Source: Candidatus Marinacidobacterales bacterium (GTDB lineage: Bacteria > Acidobacteriota > Vicinamibacteria > Marinacidobacterales > SMYC01). Taken from it: DNA of 64,000 bases. The notes beneath the pieces are model-generated. The model was not told the DNA's origin and ran no database searches. It saw only the letters and a list, made by a program, of their open reading frames with translations. The position numbers and the translations under genes were made by a program. The stretch's first letter is position 1, and every line of letters starts with the position of its first letter. Location of the stretch: NCBI GenBank assembly GCA_965237955.1, contig OZ250169.1, forward strand, positions 5,632,001 through 5,696,000. Reading direction: 5' to 3'. Shown here piece after piece: positions 48,854 to 57,478 of this stretch.

Positions 48854-49357
48854 TTGCTAGTCTTTGGTCACGTTGCATCCGCTAGCGTTGCTTGCCACGG
48901 CCTCGATCGGAGGGCGGACCTCCGGTGGATCATCTTCTTGACGCTCGTCGCCGACATGATCGACAAGCCTTTCGGGCTCGTCATCTTCAGTGACACCATC
49001 AACAACGGACGAGTGTGGTTTCATTCGCTCGCGGTCAACCTCGCGCTTTCTCTCGTCTTGTTGCTCTGGAGAAAACCGCTCGTCTACGTGCTCGCACTGT
49101 GGTTCCATCAGCTTTGCGATCGCATGTGGATGCGACCCTGGGTCGCGCTGTGGCCGTTGACGGGCGCGTTCTATCGTGACATGGCGTTCGATGAATGGGT
49201 ATACAACGTTTTGAATCCGTACAACGTCATAAGTGATGTCATCGGGCTCGTTGTTCTGATCGTCTTCGCGCGGTACTACCGACTTTTTCAAAAGGACCGT
49301 TTGGTGGCGTGGATCCGTACCGGCAGGCTCGAGCGCCCGTTGCCATCGTCGCAATGA
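48854..49357 (+). CDS. Membrane-bound metal-dependent hydrolase (YdjM-like)
   Basis: FGH, DMIDKP, R..FHSL, HQLCD and LWP motifs. Confidence 0.75.
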   Translation: MLVFGHVASASVACHGLDRRADLRWIIFLTLVADMIDKPFGLVIFSDTINNGRVWFHSLAVNLALSLVLLLWRKPLVYVLALWFHQLCDRMWMRPWVALWPLTGAFYRDMAFDEWVYNVLNPYNVISDVIGLVVLIVFARYYRLFQKDRLVAWIRTGRLERPLPSSQ

Positions 49358-49393
49358 ACGACCTTGCGCGCTAGACTCGACTGATCGCTCGAG

Positions 49394-49799
49394 ATGCTGC
49401 GTCCGTTGACCATCGAATCGACCGGCCAGGGGCTCGTCGACATCACTTCCGATGTCGAAGCTGTCGTTCGCTCGTCCGGGATCGCCGAGGGACTGTGCAC
49501 CGTATTTGTGCAGCACACCTCCGCGAGCCTCGTCATCCAGGAAAACGCGGACCCCTGTGCGCGTCGTGACCTCGAGGCGTGGCTCGGACGGCTCGTTCCC
49601 GAGGGCGATCCCCTCTACACCCACACCGCCGAGGGCCCAGACGATATGCCAGCCCACGTCAAGAGCGCTCTTACCGCCACGAGTCTCGGTGTGCCCGTCG
49701 CTTCGGGACGATCTAGCGCTCGGGACATGGCAAGGTATTTACCTCTGGGAGCACCGACACCGAGGTGGCGCCCGGCGGGTTCTTGTCCACGTCAGTTGA
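49394..49799 (+). pseudogene. yjbQ: YjbQ / UPF0047 protein with a +1 frameshift at about 49712
   Basis: HTSASLVIQENADP and GPDDMPAHVKS in one frame; LALGTWQGIYLWEHR in the next. Confidence 0.82.
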
Positions 49800-49806
49800 C
49801 TTACAC

Positions 49807-49857
49807 TTGATATTCTCCTTTCGCTGAGTCACAATACGATGCGAACATTTGGAGAAA
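49807..49857 (+). promoter_or_regulatory. lexA promoter with a candidate SOS box
   Basis: ttgata-N17-cacaat, then GAAC-N7-GAAA (49843-49857), resembling the GTTC-N7-GTTC direct-repeat LexA box. Confidence 0.5.
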
Positions 49858-49865
49858 TCAGAGGG

Positions 49866-50468
49866 ATGATACTGACGAAGCGACAGAAACAAATTCTGAA
49901 CTTTATCGAAGAATCCATTCGCAAGAACGGCTACGCGCCGAGTCTGGACGAGATCAGCCGACACTTCGAGCTGCACTCGATTTCGACAATCCACAAGCAT
50001 TTGGTCAATCTCGAGGACAAGGGCCTCATTAAGCGGCACTGGAACCGCGCTCGTGCTATCGAGCTCGTTCCCGCACAGGACAAGCCGGAAGCGCGCGACG
50101 TGCCCTTGGCCGGGCTCATCGCCGCCGGCGAGCCGATCGAGGCGGTGCGAGGCAACGAGCTCGTTGCCGTTCCCGAGGACATGATCGGCCGGCGGGAAGT
50201 CTATGTGTTGAAGGTGCGGGGCGAGTCGATGGTGGACGAGCAGGTGCGCGACGGCGACTACGTGATCGTCGAGAACCGAACCGATCCGAAAAACGGCGAA
50301 ATGGTAGTGGCTCTCTTGAACGGTGAGAACGCGACGCTCAAGAAGTTCTACCGCGAGAAGAGCCAGATTCGACTTCAGCCGGCGCACCCGACGATGAAGC
50401 CGATTTTCGTTCAAGACGACGAGATCGCGATCCAGGGAGTCGTCGTCGGAGTCATGCGTAAATACTGA
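49866..50468 (+). CDS. lexA: SOS repressor LexA
   Basis: LTKRQKQIL wHTH; IAAG cleavage site; VRGESM (Ser) and ATLKK (Lys) dyad. Confidence 0.96.
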   Translation: MILTKRQKQILNFIEESIRKNGYAPSLDEISRHFELHSISTIHKHLVNLEDKGLIKRHWNRARAIELVPAQDKPEARDVPLAGLIAAGEPIEAVRGNELVAVPEDMIGRREVYVLKVRGESMVDEQVRDGDYVIVENRTDPKNGEMVVALLNGENATLKKFYREKSQIRLQPAHPTMKPIFVQDDEIAIQGVVVGVMRKY

Positions 50469-50488
50469 GCCACTGAAATGGAGAGAAG

Positions 50489-50833
50489 ATGACTGCCAAG
50501 AAATCCATCAACTTCACCGTCGTTCCACAAGAGCCTGATGAAGGACAAGCGCCGTCCGAAAGTGTGTACGCGAACTTTTGCGCGGTCAACCACACCCCGT
50601 TCGACTTCACATTGACGTTTTGCGAGATGAAGCCGCTCAGCGAGAAAGATGTCGAGGAGGCCCCCGAGGGTGCGACGCGAACGGTCCGGGCCCCCGTCAA
50701 GGTCAAAATAGTCGTGCCTGCGCAGCTCATCCCCGCTTTGGGCGCAGCGTTGCAAGAGAACTGGCGGCTCTACCAAGACGCCTATTCGAACATCGGCTGG
50801 GCCAAAGGGAAGATGGGCGGGAAGGTTCACTAA
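50489..50833 (+). CDS. DUF3467-like protein
   Basis: VYANFCAVNHTPFDFTLTF...KIVVP pattern. Confidence 0.75.
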   Translation: MTAKKSINFTVVPQEPDEGQAPSESVYANFCAVNHTPFDFTLTFCEMKPLSEKDVEEAPEGATRTVRAPVKVKIVVPAQLIPALGAALQENWRLYQDAYSNIGWAKGKMGGKVH

Positions 50834-50843
50834 AGAGGACGCG

Positions 50844-51734
50844 ATGACCGCCTCGCCGAAAACCGTGGTCCACGTCACCATCGAGCGCTTTTTTGAATCG
50901 ATAGGAAGCCGCAAGCTCGACGATTTGATGTCGTTGAACGACCAGCTCGACCAAACGCTCGCGCGGCACGCGACCGGGTGGCAGCGGCCGTCGGCGGATG
51001 AGGCTGTTCTTGCGACGGATCCGCCGTGGGATGAGAACGGGTCGCCCATGGATTGGGCGAGTGCACTGAGCGATTCGGTCCGCGACGAGATCGGTCTCGA
51101 CTGCTCGGTCGGGATCGCGGCCACGCGGTTCGCGGCGCGTATCTGTTCCCGCATCGCCCGGCCGCGCGGTGTTCTGCTGTGGCTTTCGGGCTACGAGGAC
51201 GGTTTGATTGCGAGCTTGCCGCTCGAGGAGCTCGACGAGCTCACACCCAAACAACTCGCGATGCTGCGCGCGCAGGGGGTGCGGACCCTCGGAGAGATGT
51301 CGTCGCTCGCGTCCGTCGAGGCGCGGGCGATCCTGGGCTCGCAGGCGTCCAAGCTGATGAGCCTGTTCCGTGGGCTCGATCGCACTGCCGATCGCGGCGA
51401 GGGGAGCCGCTTGTCGCGAGCTGTCGCTCTCCTGGCGCGGCGTCTTACCCGACGTCTCGCGCGTTGTGATCGTCGAGCCCGTGGCCTCGAGCTTCGCTTG
51501 GTTTTCGACGACGGAGTGGGTCGAGAAAGGTACACGCTTCTTCCGCGTGCGGTGGCGGAGCTCGAGGAACTGGACCGAGCGGCCCAACGACTGCTAGCAA
51601 TGTCCCCCCGACGTGAACGCCCGGTGACTGGCTTGTCTCTCACCGCTACCGGCCTTACGTCCGGAAACGGCCAACTCAACCTGTTCCGCCGAGAGCGCCC
51701 CCGCGAAGTAGAAGTCAAGCTCGGCCGCAGCTGA
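50844..51734 (+). CDS. Degenerate Y-family polymerase (DinB/ImuB-like, probably inactive)
   Basis: HVTIERFF in place of HxDMDAFF; SADEA, CSVGIA, ARPRG; little-finger-like region; C-terminal QLNLF. Confidence 0.78.
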   Translation: MTASPKTVVHVTIERFFESIGSRKLDDLMSLNDQLDQTLARHATGWQRPSADEAVLATDPPWDENGSPMDWASALSDSVRDEIGLDCSVGIAATRFAARICSRIARPRGVLLWLSGYEDGLIASLPLEELDELTPKQLAMLRAQGVRTLGEMSSLASVEARAILGSQASKLMSLFRGLDRTADRGEGSRLSRAVALLARRLTRRLARCDRRARGLELRLVFDDGVGRERYTLLPRAVAELEELDRAAQRLLAMSPRRERPVTGLSLTATGLTSGNGQLNLFRRERPREVEVKLGRS

Positions 51735-51802
51735 GCTGGCTGATGGCAGATCCTCCCGCACGTGTAGTGCCTTCCCTACAGGCGTTTTTTGGCTCTTGAA
51801 GC

Positions 51803-51858
51803 TAAGTCGTTGATAGGGAACTCGTTATCCAGAGGCATCAGCAGGAACGCTGTTTGCA
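51803..51858 (+). promoter_or_regulatory. Putative IHF site plus sigma-54 promoter of the PilZ gene
   Basis: TATCAA-CGAC-TTA on the minus strand at 51815-51803; AGG-AACGCTGTTT-GCA (GG-N10-GC) at 51843-51858. Confidence 0.45.
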
Positions 51859-51920
51859 TTAACTCTCGTTTCAGGGTCGTGTCCGTTCCCCCGCGGGGCG
51901 CGCTCATTCCAGGAGAACGC

Positions 51921-52331
51921 ATGACCGAACGCCGCAGACGACGCCGCATCCCGGTAGAGCACGCCATGGAGGCTCGGCTCGTTGCCGACGGCAGAGAGAC
52001 GCGGGGCCAGGTCATCGACCTCAATAACGCCGGCGCATTCGTGGCCACAGACCTCGTTCTCGACAAGAACACCGCTGTCGAAGTGGAGCTTCAAATCCCG
52101 GGCGAGGACAAATCTTTACCACTGAAAGCGGTCGTGGCACGCCGCACTGAAGAAGTGAAAGGCAAGACCCGTGTCATCCCTGCGGGACTCGGGCTCGTGT
52201 TCATGACCGAGAACGTGATGGAGCGGGCCTTCATGCAGAAGGCAGTTCTCGAGGCCCTGAAGGGAAGTCTGGCGGTGACGCGGATGAATCTCTCGACTCC
52301 TCCGGCAACTGACGAAAACGCTCGCCCGTAA
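51921..52331 (+). CDS. PilZ domain protein
   Basis: ERRRRRR, DLNNAGAF and GLGLVF motifs; RBS aggag. Confidence 0.85.
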   Translation: MTERRRRRRIPVEHAMEARLVADGRETRGQVIDLNNAGAFVATDLVLDKNTAVEVELQIPGEDKSLPLKAVVARRTEEVKGKTRVIPAGLGLVFMTENVMERAFMQKAVLEALKGSLAVTRMNLSTPPATDENARP

Positions 52332-53292
52332 AGATTCGCCACTCTCCTCTGCCGACTGCCACTCCGAAGAGCTCGCGATACGCTTGCGGGAGAAACCCGA
52401 TTCCGAGCGCGGCGTTCGCGACCATGAACGTCAAGTGCGCCGCGAGGCTGTAAGCGAGAAGCTGCGGAGCGGGGACAACGTCGCCGTGGAAGAAGATCCA
52501 TGCGAGCGGCGTGGTTCCGAGACGAGCCACGTTGATGGGAAGCGCACCGACGATAAAGATGATGGGCAGCGTTGCGAGCAGGCGGACGAACGGGATTTCG
52601 AACCCGAAACTGCGGATGGCGTAGCTATGGGCGGCGACCGCGAGCAGCAACAAAGGTGCTTTGAGCGCCAGCACTCCCAAGTAGTGCTCAGGCCGCGCCA
52701 GTCGAAACGTTCGCAACAAGCGCCAGTCCGGAGCTTTCAGAACCTTCCCTAGGAACGCGAAGCCCCCATGGACGTAGCCGAGGAACACGAACCACAGTAA
52801 GACGACGGCGACGGGTGCAAGCAGAAGCGCGGGCGGCAGTTGCTCGGAGACGAGCAGCATCCCGACACTCGCCCACAGAATGAGGTGGGTCTTCTGCAGG
52901 AAATCGAGGAAGAGAATCGTGCTCGCGATCTCGAGCAAGCCCGCTGACAATCCCCGTGCAAGGTAGGCAACCATCGCGCCCTGCGACAGGCGGTGGTTCA
53001 AGATCGAGAGCAAATAGTCGACGGCTCGCACCAGCAGCAGGTTGCGAAAAGAAAGCTTGCCGTGAAACCAGCGCACGACGTACCCGAGCACGACGCTATC
53101 GAGCGCGAAGTACAAGATCGAGAAAGGGAGGAGCGCGAGAAAAAAGCGCGTGTAGTCCGCCTGCGTCAACGCGTCCACAAACGCTTCGAACGGGATCTTG
53201 CGGAAGATCAGAACGAGGATGGTGACGGTCAAGACCGGGGGCACGATGATGCGCCACAACTCGACGGACCGTCGTTTTCGTCCCCGATCCAT
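52231..53292 (-). CDS. Lysylphosphatidylglycerol synthase TM-domain (UPF0104 flippase-like) protein
   Basis: About 8 TM segments; GALPINVARLG motif. Confidence 0.7.
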   Translation of the reverse strand: MDRGRKRRSVELWRIIVPPVLTVTILVLIFRKIPFEAFVDALTQADYTRFFLALLPFSILYFALDSVVLGYVVRWFHGKLSFRNLLLVRAVDYLLSILNHRLSQGAMVAYLARGLSAGLLEIASTILFLDFLQKTHLILWASVGMLLVSEQLPPALLLAPVAVVLLWFVFLGYVHGGFAFLGKVLKAPDWRLLRTFRLARPEHYLGVLALKAPLLLLAVAAHSYAIRSFGFEIPFVRLLATLPIIFIVGALPINVARLGTTPLAWIFFHGDVVPAPQLLAYSLAAHLTFMVANAALGIGFLPQAYRELFGVAVGRGEWRIFTGERFRQLPEESRDSSASPPDFPSGPRELPSA

Positions 53293-53301
53293 GTCTACGC
53301 C

Positions 53302-53949
53302 TTAACCGCCTATTCCTGTAATACGAATTCCGGTGGATTTTACGCCGTAGTGCTTGTTGATTTTCAACAAGATGCCGGTAATCGCCTCGGCCACGCGAGC
53401 CTGCCGCAAAGCGCCCGCGATCACCCCGCGAAGCCCGGTCTCGTCGACGAGTGCACGCGCCGTCTCGCGGGCATCGGCATCGTCGCCGCAGATGAGGACG
53501 TCCTCCGGATCGGACTCCGTTTTTCTGAGGGTGCCGGCGGAGACCGTCTGAAACGCGGCGACCACGCGGATGGCGCTTCCGAGTGCTTCCTGGGCGTCCT
53601 CGGCCGCGGAAGGTTTGCTCGTCGGACCCGGCGGCCATGCAATGGTCGCGACCACGAGAATCTTCCCGTCGAGCTCGCTCGCGAGGCCGGTCAAAATCTC
53701 GATGTGCCCGGTGTCGGGTAACGTCGAAACGACCACTTCGGCGCCGGCGGCAGCTTCGCGGTTACTCGTTCCCTGGATGCGCGTCGTCCCGAGCTTCTCG
53801 TTCAAGGCGTCTGCGATCTTCCGCCCTTTCGATGCGAGCCGCGAGCCGAGAATGACCTCGCGACCCGCGCGCGCCCAACGAAGAGCAAGGCCCTGGCCCT
53901 CTTTTCCTGTCCCACCCAAAATCGCAAGCGTCATCGATGCTCTCTCCAT
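53302..53949 (-). CDS. npdG: NADPH-dependent F420 reductase
   Basis: LAILGGTGKEGQGLALRW, ILGSR, SAAE, AAFQTVSA and DVLICGD motifs; adjacent to cofE. Confidence 0.85.
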   Translation of the reverse strand: MERASMTLAILGGTGKEGQGLALRWARAGREVILGSRLASKGRKIADALNEKLGTTRIQGTSNREAAAGAEVVVSTLPDTGHIEILTGLASELDGKILVVATIAWPPGPTSKPSAAEDAQEALGSAIRVVAAFQTVSAGTLRKTESDPEDVLICGDDADARETARALVDETGLRGVIAGALRQARVAEAITGILLKINKHYGVKSTGIRITGIGG

Positions 53950-54707
53950 CAGCGAAAAAGATCGCGGGCCTCGTCCCGCACGAGCGAAGCGGCGCCGTCA
54001 TCACCGGGTGTATAGCGGTAGCCTCTCACGACGGCAACGGGAATGCGGTCGAGTTTTCCCATGACGAGCTCCGCCGCTCCCGCGAGCTCATCGGCGACGG
54101 CGATCACAGTCGACGCGAGCGAGCGTCCGTCCGCGTCGGATCGACCACGATAGTCGTTCAGTGGATTCAAGCCGGCGATACCGATCGCCACGTTGACCAC
54201 GCCTTCGCGCCATGGGCGGCCGAACGTATCCGAGATGATGACCGCGATGCGCGCGCCGGTTGCGTCTTGGAGCTCGCGCTGCAGCCGTTCCGCCGAGCGG
54301 TCAGGCTCGCGGGGAAGCGAAGTCGCCGCATCGGGGGAGCCGACGTTCGAAGCGTCGACGCCGGAGTTAGCGCACACGAAGCCATGGCGCGTCTCGGTGA
54401 TCAAGACGCCGCGATCCATTCTGACGATTCGTTTCGCTTCTCGAAGCGCGAGCTCGACGAGCCGTGGATCCTTGCCGGATTCCCGGGCGAACGTGCTGGC
54501 GATGGGGGATGGGTCCACGTTGCTCAGCGACTCGATACACCCTTCCGCTTTCGAAACGATTTTCTGGGTAATGACGACGACATCGCTGTCGACGAGCTCC
54601 AGGTTTCCGCGACGACACGCCTCGAGGATGAGCATCGCCAGCTCGTTGCCGGGAGCGATCTCTGGCAGGCCGGCGACTCCGATCACCTCGATGCGTTTAT
54701 TCGCCAC
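53949..54707 (-). CDS. cofE: Coenzyme F420-0:L-glutamate ligase
   Basis: QKIVSKAEG, GFVCANSGVDASN, SDTFGRPWREG and ADELAGAAELVMGK motifs. Confidence 0.93.
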   Translation of the reverse strand: MANKRIEVIGVAGLPEIAPGNELAMLILEACRRGNLELVDSDVVVITQKIVSKAEGCIESLSNVDPSPIASTFARESGKDPRLVELALREAKRIVRMDRGVLITETRHGFVCANSGVDASNVGSPDAATSLPREPDRSAERLQRELQDATGARIAVIISDTFGRPWREGVVNVAIGIAGLNPLNDYRGRSDADGRSLASTVIAVADELAGAAELVMGKLDRIPVAVVRGYRYTPGDDGAASLVRDEARDLFR

Positions 54708-54810
54708 GGGGCGCGATTATAGAACTACTCCGCCGCATTTGGGTGTTCCGCAGGAACTGAAAAATATCCCCACTGAGTCACAGAGCGGCGGATCCGCAAC
54801 CCAAATCTTT

Positions 54811-54987
54811 CAACGCAAAGTCGCCAAGGCGCAAAGACGCAAAGGAAGGCCGAATGCGGGTCTCTGCGCCTCGCGGCGCTTGGTTGGGCTACGCACTGCT
54901 CCCGGCAAGAACGCAGAATGTTGGGAACTCAGCATCAGCGCCGAAGGCGCTCTAGTTCGCGCCCTTGCGACTTTGTGCCTTTGCGTT
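54811..54987. repeat. Intergenic CGCAAAG-type palindromic repeat
   Basis: aacgcaaagtcgccaaggcgcaaagacgcaaagg ... ccttgcgactttgtgcctttgcgtt. Confidence 0.6.
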
Positions 54988-55030
54988 AAGTTTTTCTTCT
55001 CCGGGAACACGCGGGCTACCATTCGGCGCG

Positions 55031-56509
55031 ATGGAACACGGTAGCGGAGACGCTCTTCGTCACTATCACGAGGCGACGAAGCACAGCTACGAGAGCGTCC
55101 GCATGACGCCGCACTTTCTCGATTGGGACAATCAGCCGCTTCCGTTCAAGTTGTACAAAGATGTAGAGCAGGTTGCGCTGCCGGACGTATCTGCGTCCGC
55201 CGATGGGAATACACCTGGTGTTGGGATCGGCGAGCTCGCGCGGGTCTTGTTCTATAGCGCGGGCGTCACGAAAAAGCGCCGTTTCCCGGGCGGTGAAATG
55301 GTGTTCCGCGCCGCCGCGTGTACGGGCGCGCTCTATCACATCGAGATATACGTCATCGCCGGTTCGCTCGACGGGTTGGACGCCGGCGTTTATCACTACG
55401 GTCCAAAAGATTCCGTCTTGTCCCGACTACGGGACGGTGATTGGCGCCGAGCCCTCGTCGCTGCAACCGGCGATGAGCCTGAGCTCAGCGAGGCGCCGGC
55501 GGCGCTGGTTTTGACGAGCACGTTCTGGCGAAATGCGTGGAAGTATCGCGCTCGCGCGTATCGTCATTCGTTTTGGGACAGCGGCACGATGTTCGCCAAT
55601 CTCGAAGCGATCGCGGCCAAGCTCGACCTGCGAGCGCATCTCGTTCTCGGCTTTGCCGACGATGAGGTGAACCGTCTCATCGATGTGGACGGTGACAAGG
55701 AAGCCGCAGTTGAGATCGTCGCGATCGGCGCTCTCGGCAGCCACGCCGAGGATGGCGAGCGCGGGATTCCCGCCGCACCGGGGGTAGCTCGACGGCTCGA
55801 GCTCGACACGGTGCCGTTGTCGCGGATGGAAGTCGACTATCCGCCGATCCGTGAAGCTCACCGGAGCTCTTCGCTCCCCAGTGGCGATGCGGCGAGAACG
55901 TGGCGGGGCGTGCACGTGAGCTCCCGTGCATCCCTGTCTCCGCCCAGCGACGTCGAGGCCGTGATCCGCCGCCGAGGCTCGTCGCGTCGTTTCGAGCGGT
56001 GTTCGATCGAGAAAAACGCCGCCATGCAGGTTATCGGCTCGACGCTTCCCGCGGTCGATTCTGACGTGCCGGCTCTCGGTGACGTGTACGTGATCGTCAA
56101 CGACGTCGACGGGATCTCGTCCGGATCGTATTTCTACCCGCGCGACGGCGCCGAGCGAGGCAGCCTCCAGCTACTCGAGAGCGGGGAATTCCGAGACGCG
56201 GCGCGGCACCTCGATCTCGAGCAGGATCTCGCGGGCGATGCGAGCGTGAACGTCTACGTTCTGACATCGCTCGATGCCGTGGTGATGCGCTATGGCGATC
56301 GCGGCTATCGGGCGGCGCAGCTCGAGGGCGGCGTCCTCGGTGGAAGGATGTACTTGGCGAGCTATGCACAAGGCCTGGGGGCGACAGGGCTTACGTTTTT
56401 CGATGACGCCGTCACCGACTTTTTCTCGCCTCACGCGAGGGGAAAGGCGGTGATGTTTCTGCTCGCGTTCGGGGTGCCGGCGAAGCGAAAGGTGTTGTTT
56501 CAGCGCTGA
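55031..56509 (+). CDS. SagB/ThcOx-type nitroreductase (two FMN-binding domains)
   Basis: YHEATKHS, WDNQP, RAAACTGALY, WKYRARAYR, RRGSSRRF and YGDRGYR motifs. Confidence 0.88.
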   Translation: MEHGSGDALRHYHEATKHSYESVRMTPHFLDWDNQPLPFKLYKDVEQVALPDVSASADGNTPGVGIGELARVLFYSAGVTKKRRFPGGEMVFRAAACTGALYHIEIYVIAGSLDGLDAGVYHYGPKDSVLSRLRDGDWRRALVAATGDEPELSEAPAALVLTSTFWRNAWKYRARAYRHSFWDSGTMFANLEAIAAKLDLRAHLVLGFADDEVNRLIDVDGDKEAAVEIVAIGALGSHAEDGERGIPAAPGVARRLELDTVPLSRMEVDYPPIREAHRSSSLPSGDAARTWRGVHVSSRASLSPPSDVEAVIRRRGSSRRFERCSIEKNAAMQVIGSTLPAVDSDVPALGDVYVIVNDVDGISSGSYFYPRDGAERGSLQLLESGEFRDAARHLDLEQDLAGDASVNVYVLTSLDAVVMRYGDRGYRAAQLEGGVLGGRMYLASYAQGLGATGLTFFDDAVTDFFSPHARGKAVMFLLAFGVPAKRKVLFQR

Positions 56510-56654
56510 GACGTCACGTGGCGGCAAGTGGCCATCCCGGTTGTCGATTTGTGCTTCTTTAGGTAGCATAGAGGTAACTATCAAAATGTAAAGCTTCTGA
56601 TGCGCCGGACCCCCAACGGCCCGCGCGCGTAATTCCTCTGACACGGAGGTAGCT

Positions 56655-57455
56655 GTGTTGAAACATCAGCAGCTCAGCAGTGTTGCGACTGCGTCGGACG
56701 GTTTGAGCCTCGTCGACCTCGCGCGACACGAACGTGAGCGCGAACGGATCTTTCGCTTTTTTCGGCTGAACTTGGAGCCGCGAGAAGTCGAGTACCACTG
56801 GCAACGGCTTCTTTTGCACCATGCGCGGTTTCCCACGCGCCAAGCTCGGAAGGTCGACCTGCGGACCGCCGCGTTCGATTACTTCCTCAACGAGACCGAT
56901 CTCCTGGTGGAGCCTTTGGTCATGGAGCGAGAGCAGCTCCGGCAGACGGAGCTCATGGCCTACTTCGACCACCTCACCGGGCTCCGCAACTACGCGTATT
57001 TCGAGAGCGAGATCAAAACCGAGGTCGCGCGGGCCAAGCGCTACGACACGTCGCTGTGTCTGCTCCTCGTGGACCTGGACGAGTTCAAGCTCGTCAACGA
57101 TACCTTCGGGCACCTTGTCGGAAACGAAGTCCTCCGCGAAGTGGGGCACATTCTCCAAAAGCGTCTCCGTTCCAGTGACCTCGTCGCGCGCTTTGGTGGA
57201 GACGAGTTCGCGGCGCTGTTGCATCGCACCGATCCGACCGACGGGCACCGGATAGCACGAAGTCTTTGCAGGAGCATCGACGAGCAGTTCAAGGAGAGCG
57301 CTCAGATCGAGCTTCCACGTCCGTTGACCGCGAGCTTCGGTCTGAGCGCTCTGCCGCTTCAAGCTGACGACGAGGTGAAGTTGTTCGAGCTGGCCGACAA
57401 AGCGCTCTATCGAGCGAAACGCGCCGGCGGCAACTGCGTCGTGTACGCGTCGTAA
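56655..57455 (+). CDS. Diguanylate cyclase (GGDEF)
   Basis: DHLTGLRN, DLDEFKLVNDTFGHLVG, RSSD I-site and RFGGDEF. Confidence 0.95.
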   Translation: MLKHQQLSSVATASDGLSLVDLARHERERERIFRFFRLNLEPREVEYHWQRLLLHHARFPTRQARKVDLRTAAFDYFLNETDLLVEPLVMEREQLRQTELMAYFDHLTGLRNYAYFESEIKTEVARAKRYDTSLCLLLVDLDEFKLVNDTFGHLVGNEVLREVGHILQKRLRSSDLVARFGGDEFAALLHRTDPTDGHRIARSLCRSIDEQFKESAQIELPRPLTASFGLSALPLQADDEVKLFELADKALYRAKRAGGNCVVYAS

Positions 57456-57478
57456 GCCCTGAGGGCCCAAGCCTGTCG

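Noticed and set aside
49712-49716. Extra base beside a CTAG in yjbQ as a MITE excision footprint
   Set aside because: A single extra base is not diagnostic; an ordinary indel or sequencing error explains it equally well
55031-56509. SagB-type dehydrogenase as a RiPP (azole) biosynthetic cluster
   Set aside because: No YcaO cyclodehydratase or precursor peptide nearby
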